Positions 44,663 through 53,957 of a stretch of DNA of 64,000 bases are shown piece by piece. Location: sequence record NC_019517.1; one strand, given 5' to 3'. The notes below the pieces were generated by a model. It was not told where the DNA came from, ran no database searches, and worked only from the letters and a program-made list of their open reading frames with translations. The stretch comes from Escherichia phage FV3. Positions within the stretch are counted from its first letter, which is position 1; the number at the start of each line of letters is the position of its first letter. A program made the position numbers and the translations under genes.

Positions 44663-45574
44663 TTATTTTCCGTTAACTTTGTTGTAGTTTCCCTGCTCAG
44701 ATGGGACTATGGTAGAAGGTCTTCCATATTCCTGATAATACCAATCCGCAGCAGATTGGGTAACACCGTTTTCATCCGTCCACATCATAGATTTGTATGG
44801 CTGCCACTCTTCTGCAGCATTTGTGGATGCAGTGTCTGCAAATGCCCCTGTGTCCCTCTTGTTACCTACGTTACTGCCATTCTTACAATCGTTGACAGCA
44901 CCTTTTTGCTGGGTCTTGCCTACTTTCTTAGGGTTGCTGTATACAGTTGCATTAACAACCTTGTTCAAGTAGAATGTGCGGAACTCTGTAAGTTCTACAT
45001 CAAACACCATCGCAGCGCCTTCACCAACAGACTTGTTGGCAGAAAGACTGGTTATGATGTAGTTCTCAAGGAGTCTCTCCTCGGTAACCAAAGAAACCAA
45101 TTGGCGCTTATTAATGATCTCAGTCAAAGCCTCCAGTGCAGCGCCCGGTCGCATAGATGCTGCAGGGTTTTTAGAGTCAGTATTCCTGTCAATGTAGTTT
45201 TGCTCATAGATTATATGTGGTGATGTATTTACCCTACCAGTAAAAGAAAATACACCATCTTTAATTACAGCGTGGTCTGACAGGGTAGATTTATCTTCCA
45301 CCGCAAAATCAGTCTTATCAACAGAATGTTTGAAAGAGTAATTCTCAACCTGATCGAAGATAATGGCAAGATCGTTAGTAAAGTTTTTACCCTTCATCTC
45401 CGTATTGCGACCACCATAGTTAAGACCGCTGACAAACATAGTGTATTTTACATCGCTTTCAGTTTGCTGCTCTGCCTTTTCAGCCTTTGGAGATTTAACC
45501 TCTTGAGGCTTGTACAGGTCTTTTTCATCAACTATATTGCTTGGCATAACCTCTCCAGGACACTCCGATACCAT
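44663..45574 (-). CDS. Putative tail/baseplate protein (303 aa; start may be at internal Met 10)
   Basis: First gene downstream of tape measure. Confidence 0.4.
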   Translation of the reverse strand: MVSECPGEVMPSNIVDEKDLYKPQEVKSPKAEKAEQQTESDVKYTMFVSGLNYGGRNTEMKGKNFTNDLAIIFDQVENYSFKHSVDKTDFAVEDKSTLSDHAVIKDGVFSFTGRVNTSPHIIYEQNYIDRNTDSKNPAASMRPGAALEALTEIINKRQLVSLVTEERLLENYIITSLSANKSVGEGAAMVFDVELTEFRTFYLNKVVNATVYSNPKKVGKTQQKGAVNDCKNGSNVGNKRDTGAFADTASTNAAEEWQPYKSMMWTDENGVTQSAADWYYQEYGRPSTIVPSEQGNYNKVNGK

Positions 45575-45611
45575 CTAAATATTGTATCATAAAATAGCCG
45601 TTTTTACAACA

Positions 45612-45641
45612 CCGATAAAATAAAGGGGGCCAGAGCCCCCT
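45612..45641 (-). terminator. Candidate terminator/attenuator hairpin downstream of the tape measure gene
   Basis: GGGGGC-N4-GCCCCC hairpin followed on the minus strand by TTTATTTTATC. Confidence 0.4.
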
Positions 45642-45653
45642 GTGTGCTGTTTA

Positions 45654-47993
45654 TTACCAAAGATCTGTTGACATAAAGTTAATATCTTTGTTATTCTCCC
45701 ACTCAAGTTTTGCATCGAGTATTTTGCTAAACTCACCCTCATCTATTGAAATCGTGATTTTGCCATCACTGATCTCTAAAGGTAGCATTTCCATAGTTCT
45801 TAATTGAGAAGCAAAACCAGGGCCACCTGGCAACGGAAGAGTACCGCCCGGTAAGGTATCCAAAGGATCAACAAACCCGTTACCTCCCGATATGATATCT
45901 TTGCGAATCATATCGCTGATAGTATCCAGTTGCTGATTTCTCTCACTCAGTGGGTTGAAACGGTCATTAAATAACTCCCCGGCACTTAATATTGTACCGA
46001 TAATACCAAGCTTACCAAGCAGGCCAACTTTACCACCAGGTGTCTTGAGGCCACCTCCCCCTTTTCCTGCTGCACCCCCACCAGATCCTTCTGTGGTAGC
46101 TGCACCCGCTGCTGCTGCTCCAGCTGCACCTCTTAGAGAGCTAAGGAATTTGAAGGTTTTTACAAGCATAGATGCCATGACAAAACCTTTTGTCAGGGCG
46201 TTCACTACCAGCATGATGGCAGCAGCAAACCCTGCCCATTTAGCATAGCTAAAGGTGTCATGAAGCTCTTCAGAATATTCCTTCGTCTTAGCTGTTATGA
46301 ATCCCCATTTAATCCCCCATTCAAGGAAAAACATGCGGATCTTGACTATGGTATTGTTTAGTTCACCAATTACCCAGTTGAGACCTCTCACAAACCCACT
46401 AACAAAATCACCAGAGGCATCCCACACAAATTGCAAAGTCTCACCAGTGCGAATCAGTGTATAATAGAACTCTGTTAGTTCATCAGCCCAACGGGTGAAT
46501 AGTTTCTGACGAGACAGTTCGATGAAGGTTTTCAGTCGGTTTTCTGCCAGTACGTTAGACTTCTGCATTCTTTCATAACCAGCTGCAGATGCCTCGTTCA
46601 TGTACTTAGCCACATACTTCATGATCTTGGCTGTCTTAACCTCACCTTTCTTCATCATGTCCATGAACTGATCCATGGATAGTTCAGAAAGACCAAAAGC
46701 CTCTTTGGTGGCCTTGATAAAAGGTTCGTATGCACCGGGCAATGCTTCAGCAAGTTGTTGCTTCAGTTCTTCGGACATTACCTGTCCTTTACCGAGCATT
46801 TGCTGGATTGCCATAATGCCGCGCTGGTATTTTACCTCATCGGCACCATAAGCAGCAGCATACTGTGAGTATGCAGAGAATAGCTCATGCACCTCTTGAT
46901 TTGTCATCTGGTTTTTGGCGTTTACCGCCATCTGGGCGTAACCTTGAAGACCAGATTTGAGATCAAAACCAAGACGCATAGCCTCTTGCTGGACAAACGC
47001 AACCTCACTGTTGGCCTTGTTTGGATCTCCAGTAACAGCAGTAAGAGCAGCACTTGCCCCCTCCATCATGTGACCAGATCTGTTCACAGCAGTAAATCCA
47101 GAGAAAGCCGTATACGCAGCTGTTGCATTAATAACAGATCTACGTAAGTCTCTCATGGCATCGCCTAGTGTAAGCGTTTGGCTTGTAGCGCTTTTAAATC
47201 CAGACTGCAGAGCTGACAGGTGGGCGTTAAAGGTTGACTTTTTCATCTCCCCGCGAGCAAACCTGGACTCTAACTCTGAGTATCCTGGCAAGCTTCCACG
47301 GAATCCGGCCCCATACTTGGCAGAAAGTCTTATCGCAGAGTTGTATAGGTGGGTTCTCCTTGCCTCACGATCAGACATAAGCTTATTATCCATACCAGCT
47401 TTACTGTCTCTTCTTAGCTGTCTATGATAACGATTCATAGCAGCTGTCTGAGCTTTCACAAGGTTAGGGTCGGAAGCCACACCACCCATATTAGAGTTAC
47501 CAGGGATATACTTGAAAGATTTGGCATTAGCCAAAACTCTTGCCTTAGGTGCCTTATAACCGCCGTAAGACACTGGTGCAGATTTGGTAGCCTTTTTGGC
47601 CTCTTTAGCTTGCTGCTGGTAGAACTTACGCATCCTAGCCATTTCTGGATTTTTAGCGGTAAGATTACCCACAGCTTGTTTACGTCTCGCGTTCTCCCTA
47701 CGTTCTATTGCAGCCCTTACTGCAGCCTCTTTCTTGGCCTGTGCTACGCTCTCCCTGTGCAGTTTAGCATTTGCCTGAGATTGCTGTCTGGCAACCCGCT
47801 GCATTGTTTGCTGGGTTTTAACAGCCACTGCCTGCCATCTACTCATTGGGTTGGCTGAGTTAAAATCCTCGCCCAGTTTCCTGAACTCCCTCCCAATACT
47901 GCGAATTTTCTCTACAGCTTTTTTGTAGGAGGAGTTCTCTATCTCAAAGCCAATCTTGTTGACTGTTGTGGCAACTATTTTGTTTGTAGCCAT
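45654..47993 (-). CDS. Tail tape measure protein (779 aa)
   Basis: Long helical protein with hydrophobic segment and Gly-rich stretch; preceded by frameshifted chaperone genes. Confidence 0.7.
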   Translation of the reverse strand: MATNKIVATTVNKIGFEIENSSYKKAVEKIRSIGREFRKLGEDFNSANPMSRWQAVAVKTQQTMQRVARQQSQANAKLHRESVAQAKKEAAVRAAIERRENARRKQAVGNLTAKNPEMARMRKFYQQQAKEAKKATKSAPVSYGGYKAPKARVLANAKSFKYIPGNSNMGGVASDPNLVKAQTAAMNRYHRQLRRDSKAGMDNKLMSDREARRTHLYNSAIRLSAKYGAGFRGSLPGYSELESRFARGEMKKSTFNAHLSALQSGFKSATSQTLTLGDAMRDLRRSVINATAAYTAFSGFTAVNRSGHMMEGASAALTAVTGDPNKANSEVAFVQQEAMRLGFDLKSGLQGYAQMAVNAKNQMTNQEVHELFSAYSQYAAAYGADEVKYQRGIMAIQQMLGKGQVMSEELKQQLAEALPGAYEPFIKATKEAFGLSELSMDQFMDMMKKGEVKTAKIMKYVAKYMNEASAAGYERMQKSNVLAENRLKTFIELSRQKLFTRWADELTEFYYTLIRTGETLQFVWDASGDFVSGFVRGLNWVIGELNNTIVKIRMFFLEWGIKWGFITAKTKEYSEELHDTFSYAKWAGFAAAIMLVVNALTKGFVMASMLVKTFKFLSSLRGAAGAAAAGAATTEGSGGGAAGKGGGGLKTPGGKVGLLGKLGIIGTILSAGELFNDRFNPLSERNQQLDTISDMIRKDIISGGNGFVDPLDTLPGGTLPLPGGPGFASQLRTMEMLPLEISDGKITISIDEGEFSKILDAKLEWENNKDINFMSTDLW

Positions 47994-48000
47994 GCTTTCC

Positions 48001-48043
48001 TCATAATAAAAAGGGCCAGATCCCAGAAAAGGAATCCGGCCCT
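48001..48043 (-). terminator. Terminator-like 10-bp hairpin plus U-tract between chaperone and tape measure genes
   Basis: AGGGCCGGAU...AUCUGGCCCU stem on the minus-strand transcript followed by TTTTTATTATGA. Confidence 0.35.
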
Positions 48044-48047
48044 TAGA

Positions 48048-48296
48048 TTATCCTCTCCTGCGCTTAGCTTTCGCAGCAGCTGCGGCAGCCTTCTGCTCCC
48101 GCTCCATTTCCCTGTTTTGGACGGTATCTAGGAATTCTTCGATATCAAGATACTCACAGAGCTTCAGGAAATACGCCATATCTGCAAGATTTAGCGATTC
48201 AAAATTTTCCCCTTTGAAATTCTTGAGCACCCTGCACCAAAGAAAGTCGAACCAGTTGAGTGAACTGTTCTTGGCTGCCCACTCACTGGCCCTCAC
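48048..48296 (-). CDS. Tail assembly chaperone -1 frameshift extension (GT-like product, C-terminal part)
   Basis: ORF in the -1 frame relative to 48308-48781; that frame opens 3 codons upstream of a UUUUUUC slippery heptamer. Confidence 0.45.
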   Translation of the reverse strand: MRASEWAAKNSSLNWFDFLWCRVLKNFKGENFESLNLADMAYFLKLCEYLDIEEFLDTVQNREMEREQKAAAAAAKAKRRRG

Positions 48297-48307
48297 AACA
48301 ACCTTGC

Positions 48308-48781
48308 TTATTCCTGCTCTTCCGGAGTCTGATCCAGATTGTTCACCTGCTGAATCATACCCATCTGCTGTAACATCTCCAGAAGGCTTCCTAAACCGTC
48401 TTGTGTGAAAAAACAGCCGTAGTTAACCTCCAGAACCTTACCTGCCAGCTTAATCATCTCCAGCAGATGCCCTGCAAACACAACATCAGGGTTAAGCTTA
48501 TCCACACCATCCACGGTAATATCTTCGAACAAGATTTTAAATAACTCTTCGATAGAGTTATCATCAAGTTCTTGGAACAGGTAAGCCAGGGCTGTAGGAA
48601 GGACCTCTGCCATATTCTGACCGCCTGAGAGAATAGATCCACCGATAGCACCTAGCGGGACAGCTACAATCTTACCGATTTTAGGCATGTTTTTCATTGC
48701 TTTCATCGGTCCCCAGTGGGTGATCACAAAGTTGTGCCCTGCTAAATCAATCTCTGTTGTAGGTCTAAAGTTTATAGCCAT
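48308..48781 (-). CDS. Tail assembly chaperone (G-like, 157 aa)
   Basis: Position between tail tube and tape measure; contains a slippery site near the 3-prime end. Confidence 0.5.
   Translation of the reverse strand: MAINFRPTTEIDLAGHNFVITHWGPMKAMKNMPKIGKIVAVPLGAIGGSILSGGQNMAEVLPTALAYLFQELDDNSIEELFKILFEDITVDGVDKLNPDVVFAGHLLEMIKLAGKVLEVNYGCFFTQDGLGSLLEMLQQMGMIQQVNNLDQTPEEQE
48407..48413 (-). other. Candidate programmed -1 ribosomal frameshift slippery heptamer U_UUU_UUC
   Basis: Minus-strand TGT TTT TTC at codons 123-125 of the chaperone; -1 frame open from here to the stop at 48048. Confidence 0.45.
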
Positions 48782-48892
48782 TTTATAGCATCCTTATTAG
48801 TCATGTTGTGCACCATATTTGTGTATTTTACCATGATTATGGTGCATTGTCAATTTAACCTTTCAAGCAATTCAAGAACGTGTGTCAAAACC

Positions 48893-48929
48893 ATAAAAGC
48901 AAAAAGCCCCACCCGAAGGTGAGGCCTAT
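48893..48929 (-). terminator. Rho-independent terminator downstream of the tail tube gene
   Basis: GCCUCACC-UUCG-GGUGGGGC hairpin followed by TTTTTGCTTTTAT on the minus strand. Confidence 0.5.
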
Positions 48930-48943
48930 GCTAAAGTGTGCCC

Positions 48944-49417
48944 TTAGATAATACCTGCAAGACCTGCGAGGCCAGTGAGAGCACCAGTGATGTTGTCACG
49001 GTTGAGCCATGCATCCAGAATACCAATATCCCAGTCCAGTTGACCTACTTCGGTTCCGTAAGTCAGGTCAGGCTGCTTCTGAATCCAACCGATTGTGGAA
49101 ATACCAGGACCCTGGCTGCCCTCCAGCAGAACTGGGAAGAATACCAGACCAGTAATCGATGCCTGTTTCTGCCAGTCAGAGAGGTAAGCGTTCCATACAG
49201 AAGTGTTCTGCAAAGACACAGTCATAACACCTGATTGGTTACGAGACAGTGCCGCAGACATTTCGCCATCCACACCAACATGAGGGTAGATGTTGTCTTC
49301 GTTTCTTGAAACAACGATCTTGGTGTCAGCAGCGAAGCCAGTGACACGCTGCTGCATCAGATACAGTTTGACCTTTTTAGGGTCATACGCATAAGGAGTT
49401 AAAATTTGAGTTTCCAT
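48944..49417 (-). CDS. Putative tail tube protein (157 aa)
   Basis: Size and position immediately downstream of the sheath gene and upstream of the chaperones. Confidence 0.5.
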   Translation of the reverse strand: METQILTPYAYDPKKVKLYLMQQRVTGFAADTKIVVSRNEDNIYPHVGVDGEMSAALSRNQSGVMTVSLQNTSVWNAYLSDWQKQASITGLVFFPVLLEGSQGPGISTIGWIQKQPDLTYGTEVGQLDWDIGILDAWLNRDNITGALTGLAGLAGII

Positions 49418-49427
49418 CTAGTCTTCC

Positions 49428-50804
49428 TTATTCAGTCATTGCAACAGCATTGGTGGATTTAGAACCAACTTTGTCCAGAAGGACGTTGATCCGGATACGA
49501 ACGAAGTGCAGGGCGTTGTTATACACCAGTTCCACTTTCACACCTTCCAGAACACGAGCAGCCAACTGATTGGTTGGGATCTCTGCACGTTTAGGAACTG
49601 TGATGATCGGGTCGTAGAACACATTGTTGTCTTCGTCAAAACCTGTCAGGATCGCGCCATTCTTAATGCCAGTATTGATCGGGTTGTTCATCAGAACAGA
49701 CTTGATAACCGGAAGATCATCATCAGACATCTTCATGCTTAAACCCATATTGGAGCGGCGATGCATGTACCCGAACATGGATTCTTCAGATCTGAACTTG
49801 ATCCAGTGTGCAAAACGAATAGCGTCTGCATACTGACCTGAAGCACACTTACCTTCCCAGAAAGCGCCAACACCGTTAATCATTCTGTAGAAGTTAACGT
49901 GGTTTTCCCAAATCGCCATACGCTGAGTCAAAGTCAGAGATGGTGCAATCACACCAGGCATCTGTTTTAAGTGCAAACTGTCACCGTAAGACGGGTCGTT
50001 GGATGCCATAGCACCTATGATACCACCCTCCGGAAAATCTTTATCCGCACGAGGATCGTACATGCCGACGCTATCATATTGTGCAGCCATCAGTTTGGTG
50101 GCGATGTTACTATCTTTGCCAGTCACATCTTCTGCCGTAGAGTAGACGTGCAGCTTGTAGTTGGCCTGAGCCCACTTAGCACATGCTTCAATGTCGGTGT
50201 GGTCTTCATGGCACAGGAAGTACCAATTGTCACGCTCAGCATTGATCTTATCAACTACTGTAGAAGGTTTTTCAGCATTGGCGATATTTTTGATTGTATA
50301 GTTACCAGTATGATAACCAACAGTACAGTCACCCGTGATGGTGAGAACACCGTCTTCAGCCGCTACAGTGATATCGTTCAAGCTATCATCTGCTTCAATT
50401 TTAGTCTTCATTGACTCTGCAATCTGAGTTGCACCTGTTCCACCAGAGATAGGCACTATCAGAGAAGTATTGTAGCTACCTTTTGCAATAGTCATTACGA
50501 CATCAGTATCAGCTGCGGCAGCAATACCTTTAAAATCTACAGTGGTTTTTTCTTTTGCCTGTCTGCCGATCATAACATACTGCGGAGGGAATACACCGCC
50601 GAAAGCTTTTGCTGCAAACTCATAAGCTGCAGAGCCTTGTGCGAAACCGTCTTCCACCATCTGATCCAGCTCCGCATATACGCGAGCTCGCTCAGTGAAG
50701 TTGTTGTGGATAGCGATGAACAGCGGAGTTTCGAAACCTACAGTGTCAATAGGCTGGGTTCCGAGGTTAACTGTAACATCTACCACTTTATCTAAATATG
50801 GCAT
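49428..50804 (-). CDS. Tail sheath protein (458 aa)
   Basis: Size and synteny (neck, sheath, tube, chaperones, tape measure); C-terminal region resembles sheath conserved motifs (GAFWEGK against P2 FI GFRFWGNRT). Confidence 0.6.
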   Translation of the reverse strand: MPYLDKVVDVTVNLGTQPIDTVGFETPLFIAIHNNFTERARVYAELDQMVEDGFAQGSAAYEFAAKAFGGVFPPQYVMIGRQAKEKTTVDFKGIAAAADTDVVMTIAKGSYNTSLIVPISGGTGATQIAESMKTKIEADDSLNDITVAAEDGVLTITGDCTVGYHTGNYTIKNIANAEKPSTVVDKINAERDNWYFLCHEDHTDIEACAKWAQANYKLHVYSTAEDVTGKDSNIATKLMAAQYDSVGMYDPRADKDFPEGGIIGAMASNDPSYGDSLHLKQMPGVIAPSLTLTQRMAIWENHVNFYRMINGVGAFWEGKCASGQYADAIRFAHWIKFRSEESMFGYMHRRSNMGLSMKMSDDDLPVIKSVLMNNPINTGIKNGAILTGFDEDNNVFYDPIITVPKRAEIPTNQLAARVLEGVKVELVYNNALHFVRIRINVLLDKVGSKSTNAVAMTE

Positions 50805-50844
50805 TTGTTTCCTCTTAATATCTGTGCACGGATATCAAACACGC

Positions 50845-50871
50845 AGTGTAATCATTACACTACACAATTAT
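50845..50871 (-). promoter_or_regulatory. Candidate promoter -10 (TATAAT) with adjacent 15-nt palindrome GTGTAATCATTACAC upstream of the sheath gene
   Basis: Perfect TATAAT on the minus strand at 50866-50871; weak -35 TTACAG; palindrome at 50845-50859 between -10 and RBS. Confidence 0.3.
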
Positions 50872-50876
50872 AACGA

Positions 50877-51428
50877 TTACTGACCACTGTCTGTAACCGA
50901 TTTATCAGAATTGGGTGAAGGGAAGTGTGTGGTTATTTCAGCCTTAATTCCCTGAAGATCCTCAAAAGCCCCAATGTCTGTCTCAACAAACCTTACGTTA
51001 AATGTCAGCATTACCGTGGCCCTATTTTCATACGTCTGCTTATTCAACGGCACTCTTTGAGGTGAGATTGTTGAATTGTTAGAGTAAGCAAAGCACGATC
51101 CCAGAGGGAAATACTTGTCATAAAACATTGGAAGATTTATTGCTTGCAATACTCTGCTAAGTGCAGCATGTGCCCTGCCACGATAAGCTGTTAACAGATA
51201 GGTAACAGTGTAACTGTGTGTTACGTAAGCATTACCCTCCGCATCTTGAAACTCATTATCTTCCCAAGTGGTGGGATTGATCGCCAAGGTTTGTAAAAGT
51301 ACAAACTCACCTTCCGGCTTCGGTATGGTAGAGCTTTCTGCCAGAACTACAGTTCTTCCTGTGGCAACCTTGACAAGCTTAGCAATGGTTGTTTCAAGAT
51401 CAGAAAAAACTTTTTCGAAAGCTTCCAT
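50877..51428 (-). CDS. Putative neck/tail completion protein (183 aa)
   Basis: Position between head and tail modules. Confidence 0.4.
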   Translation of the reverse strand: MEAFEKVFSDLETTIAKLVKVATGRTVVLAESSTIPKPEGEFVLLQTLAINPTTWEDNEFQDAEGNAYVTHSYTVTYLLTAYRGRAHAALSRVLQAINLPMFYDKYFPLGSCFAYSNNSTISPQRVPLNKQTYENRATVMLTFNVRFVETDIGAFEDLQGIKAEITTHFPSPNSDKSVTDSGQ

Positions 51429-51853
51429 TAGTTTTCTCCTTCAGGCTCTTCCACCACAAAAAATCTATATCTTCCACCGCCAGATGTGACATATGCATCG
51501 CATTTTAAAACGGTAAACCATTTCAAGTCACCACGGATGTCAGGCAGCTGAATTTGATCAGCCATTGCATATGTTCCTTCATCTGGACTGTACAACTTGG
51601 TTGAGGAGTAAACTGTAAAAGCCTCGTACTGTCTGTCACCTTCAGGATTTATTTGAGAGGAGTAATCTTTAGCTGCCCTTCCTGTCAACGGTTGCACAAC
51701 ACACTCTAAGACATCAAACTCTTCATACTCAAGTTCTAACCCCTCGTTAGCAAAAGGACCACCAACTGTTTTGTTATACACTCTGTGGCGACCTTTGAAT
51801 GTTTTACGAGGTATTAGCCTGTTCTTTCCTATCAGCCTATAACCTGCTGCCAC
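51428..51853 (-). CDS. Putative head-tail joining protein (141 aa)
   Basis: Position; 1-nt overlap with neighbour. Confidence 0.4.
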   Translation of the reverse strand: MAAGYRLIGKNRLIPRKTFKGRHRVYNKTVGGPFANEGLELEYEEFDVLECVVQPLTGRAAKDYSSQINPEGDRQYEAFTVYSSTKLYSPDEGTYAMADQIQLPDIRGDLKWFTVLKCDAYVTSGGGRYRFFVVEEPEGEN

Positions 51854-51862
51854 TCAACCCCC

Positions 51863-52339
51863 TTATTTTTGCTGTCCAATTTTAAAGGTTGCAGATTCCA
51901 GCAGCACATCGTAATGCCGCATAGCCTCGTTGAAGCCCTTCTCTTGTGCCCACTGCTCACTAACAGTAGGGTTACTAAACTGACCAGCCTCAATAACAAA
52001 CTGGATGGCTTTGGCCCCTGTGTCCCCCATCTGCCTAAGAACAGCCTCTGCACTTGATCCTCTAGCCATAGCTCTCAACAATTTTTCTGTCAAGGTTTGC
52101 AGTTGCGTGCTGTGAAATGCAAAGGCCGTCTCCATGAAATTGCGAACAGGCAGCCCGTTCCAACCGAAGTTGTGAATAGCTGCCAATGTTGCCATATTTA
52201 AGCCTGACGGGTGAGGTTCATCATAAAAGCCGTAGGTTATTGTTTTGCTTTCAAGTTTCACAAGGTCTTTATAAAGGCGATCTAAACGCTTTAAGTTGAA
52301 CCTTGTTTGACATTTAACCTTTAGCATTATATTCCTCAC
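51863..52339 (-). CDS. Putative head-tail connector protein (158 aa)
   Basis: Position in head-tail module. Confidence 0.4.
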   Translation of the reverse strand: MRNIMLKVKCQTRFNLKRLDRLYKDLVKLESKTITYGFYDEPHPSGLNMATLAAIHNFGWNGLPVRNFMETAFAFHSTQLQTLTEKLLRAMARGSSAEAVLRQMGDTGAKAIQFVIEAGQFSNPTVSEQWAQEKGFNEAMRHYDVLLESATFKIGQQK

Positions 52340-52380
52340 TAATGTATTTTACCACAAAGATACATCAAAAGCAACAATTT

Positions 52381-53001
52381 TTAAAAACTGAGTTTGCGTC
52401 TTGGGTGGCGAGGAGGTTGATTATTTAGACCACTGATAGGTGTAATCCCCTGAACATCGAACGGGCCGTTACTGTTTTCATTAAATTTAACCCGAATTCC
52501 TTCGTCTACACGAACACCACCAATGATAATCATTCTGCTGTAAGCATCTAGCTCAGAGTCTACATAGTCTGGGTGTGCCAGCAGCCAATCAAGGAAATCT
52601 TTCCACTGGGCGTAGGAAGATCCACCACGAATCTCTATGGTCTCATCACCTATCTTTTCCAGACGAGAAGTTATACTTGCGTTACCACTGGACACTTCCT
52701 GCATCATCAGCCACCGCACAAGTTGCACAAGCACATTGTACTTAAGCAGAGGTAGCTTATCAGGATCTGCCGGATAATTTAGTTTCAGCTTCTCCATGTC
52801 AAGGAATGTTTTAATTACTCCGTCAGGGAGCGTTTCCTCATCAATATTGCCAAGCAATAACCTCATAATATCAATAAGAGGTTGGTCTGGATCAGGTTCC
52901 GGAGGTACAGGATCTTCTTTTGGTGGTTCTTCTGGGGTATCGACTACACCATCATGGTTAGGCGGGGACGGGATAACCTCTTCATCTTCATACCATGCCA
53001 T
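52381..53001 (-). CDS. Putative head completion protein (207 aa) with Pro/Glu-rich linker
   Basis: Start trimmed to the ATG (MAWYEDEE) with GAGG RBS; the track start at 53058 would overlap a terminator-like hairpin at about 53005-53045. Confidence 0.4.
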   Translation of the reverse strand: MAWYEDEEVIPSPPNHDGVVDTPEEPPKEDPVPPEPDPDQPLIDIMRLLLGNIDEETLPDGVIKTFLDMEKLKLNYPADPDKLPLLKYNVLVQLVRWLMMQEVSSGNASITSRLEKIGDETIEIRGGSSYAQWKDFLDWLLAHPDYVDSELDAYSRMIIIGGVRVDEGIRVKFNENSNGPFDVQGITPISGLNNQPPRHPRRKLSF

Positions 53002-53060
53002 TTGAAAATACCTCGTAAAAATAAAGCCCCATTCCTGATTTGGAAGGGGCCTTAACAAAA

Positions 53061-53876
53061 TTATGCCAGTGCAGCCTCAAAATCTTTCATCATATTTTGG
53101 AAAGTTTTTGCCTTACTTAAGGTAACACCGTACTCTTTAGCAAAGGTTTGGAGTGCATCTTTTGAACCACTTTTGTCATCTTCGTTGTTAAGAGCTGCGG
53201 CCTGTTTAAGGATTTCATCCTTATTCTCAACAGCTGCAGATGCGAAAGAGGCTACAGCCACATCTTGTGGATCTGCTACAGGACCTTCACTGTCACCCTC
53301 AAGAGGTGGTTCCGGAACTTCAGGTTCAGGCTCTGGGGCCACTGTAGAGGTCAGCCCAAGATTTACAACCTGAGAGCGTTTCTTAGGCCATTCAATGGTG
53401 AAAGTTTGGGTATCTTCTTCATAAACAATGCTGCATTGCTCATCGTTTATGGTCACTTTTTTAGGCATCCCTACAGGGTCCCACAGATGTCCCTCTGCCA
53501 CGGAAACTTTGAAAGCAGCATCTACCTCTTTAAACACTGACGGAGTGAGTGTGATATTGACATCCCCGCTTTGCAGTGTTAAAGTGCTTTCATCAAGGTT
53601 CTCTGTGAAGAACAGAAGAATAACACCCATACGGATAGTTGAAATACCAGTATCAATTGGCAGGCCTGTATGTTTTGCAATCTTCTCGAAGAAGTCTACA
53701 ATAGTTCTGCATGGATAGTGAACACTGCCAATAACGAATTCTGTTGGTGGCAGCAAGGCTGATAAACCAACATTGATTTCTGGGTTATATTGTGCTAAAA
53801 ATTGATAGAAACTTAACTGATTGTTGAAAACTCTTAATAGAGGATCATACTCAACTGGATATACGGCTCTCTTCAC
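53061..53876 (-). CDS. Hypothetical head-associated protein (271 aa) with PEPEPEVPEPP linker
   Basis: Downstream of the capsid gene and terminator. Confidence 0.4.
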   Translation of the reverse strand: MKRAVYPVEYDPLLRVFNNQLSFYQFLAQYNPEINVGLSALLPPTEFVIGSVHYPCRTIVDFFEKIAKHTGLPIDTGISTIRMGVILLFFTENLDESTLTLQSGDVNITLTPSVFKEVDAAFKVSVAEGHLWDPVGMPKKVTINDEQCSIVYEEDTQTFTIEWPKKRSQVVNLGLTSTVAPEPEPEVPEPPLEGDSEGPVADPQDVAVASFASAAVENKDEILKQAAALNNEDDKSGSKDALQTFAKEYGVTLSKAKTFQNMMKDFEAALA

Positions 53877-53898
53877 GGGACACTCCTGTTAAACCCTA

Positions 53899-53933
53899 AT
53901 AAATAAAAAAGGGGAGGGGAGAACCCCCTCCCC
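53899..53933 (-). terminator. Strong rho-independent terminator downstream of the major capsid gene
   Basis: 9-bp GGGGAGGGG/CCCCTCCCC stem with 5-nt loop followed by TTTTTTATTTAT on the minus strand. Confidence 0.6.
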
Positions 53934-53957
53934 ATATGGGATGAATCACCTTAGTGA

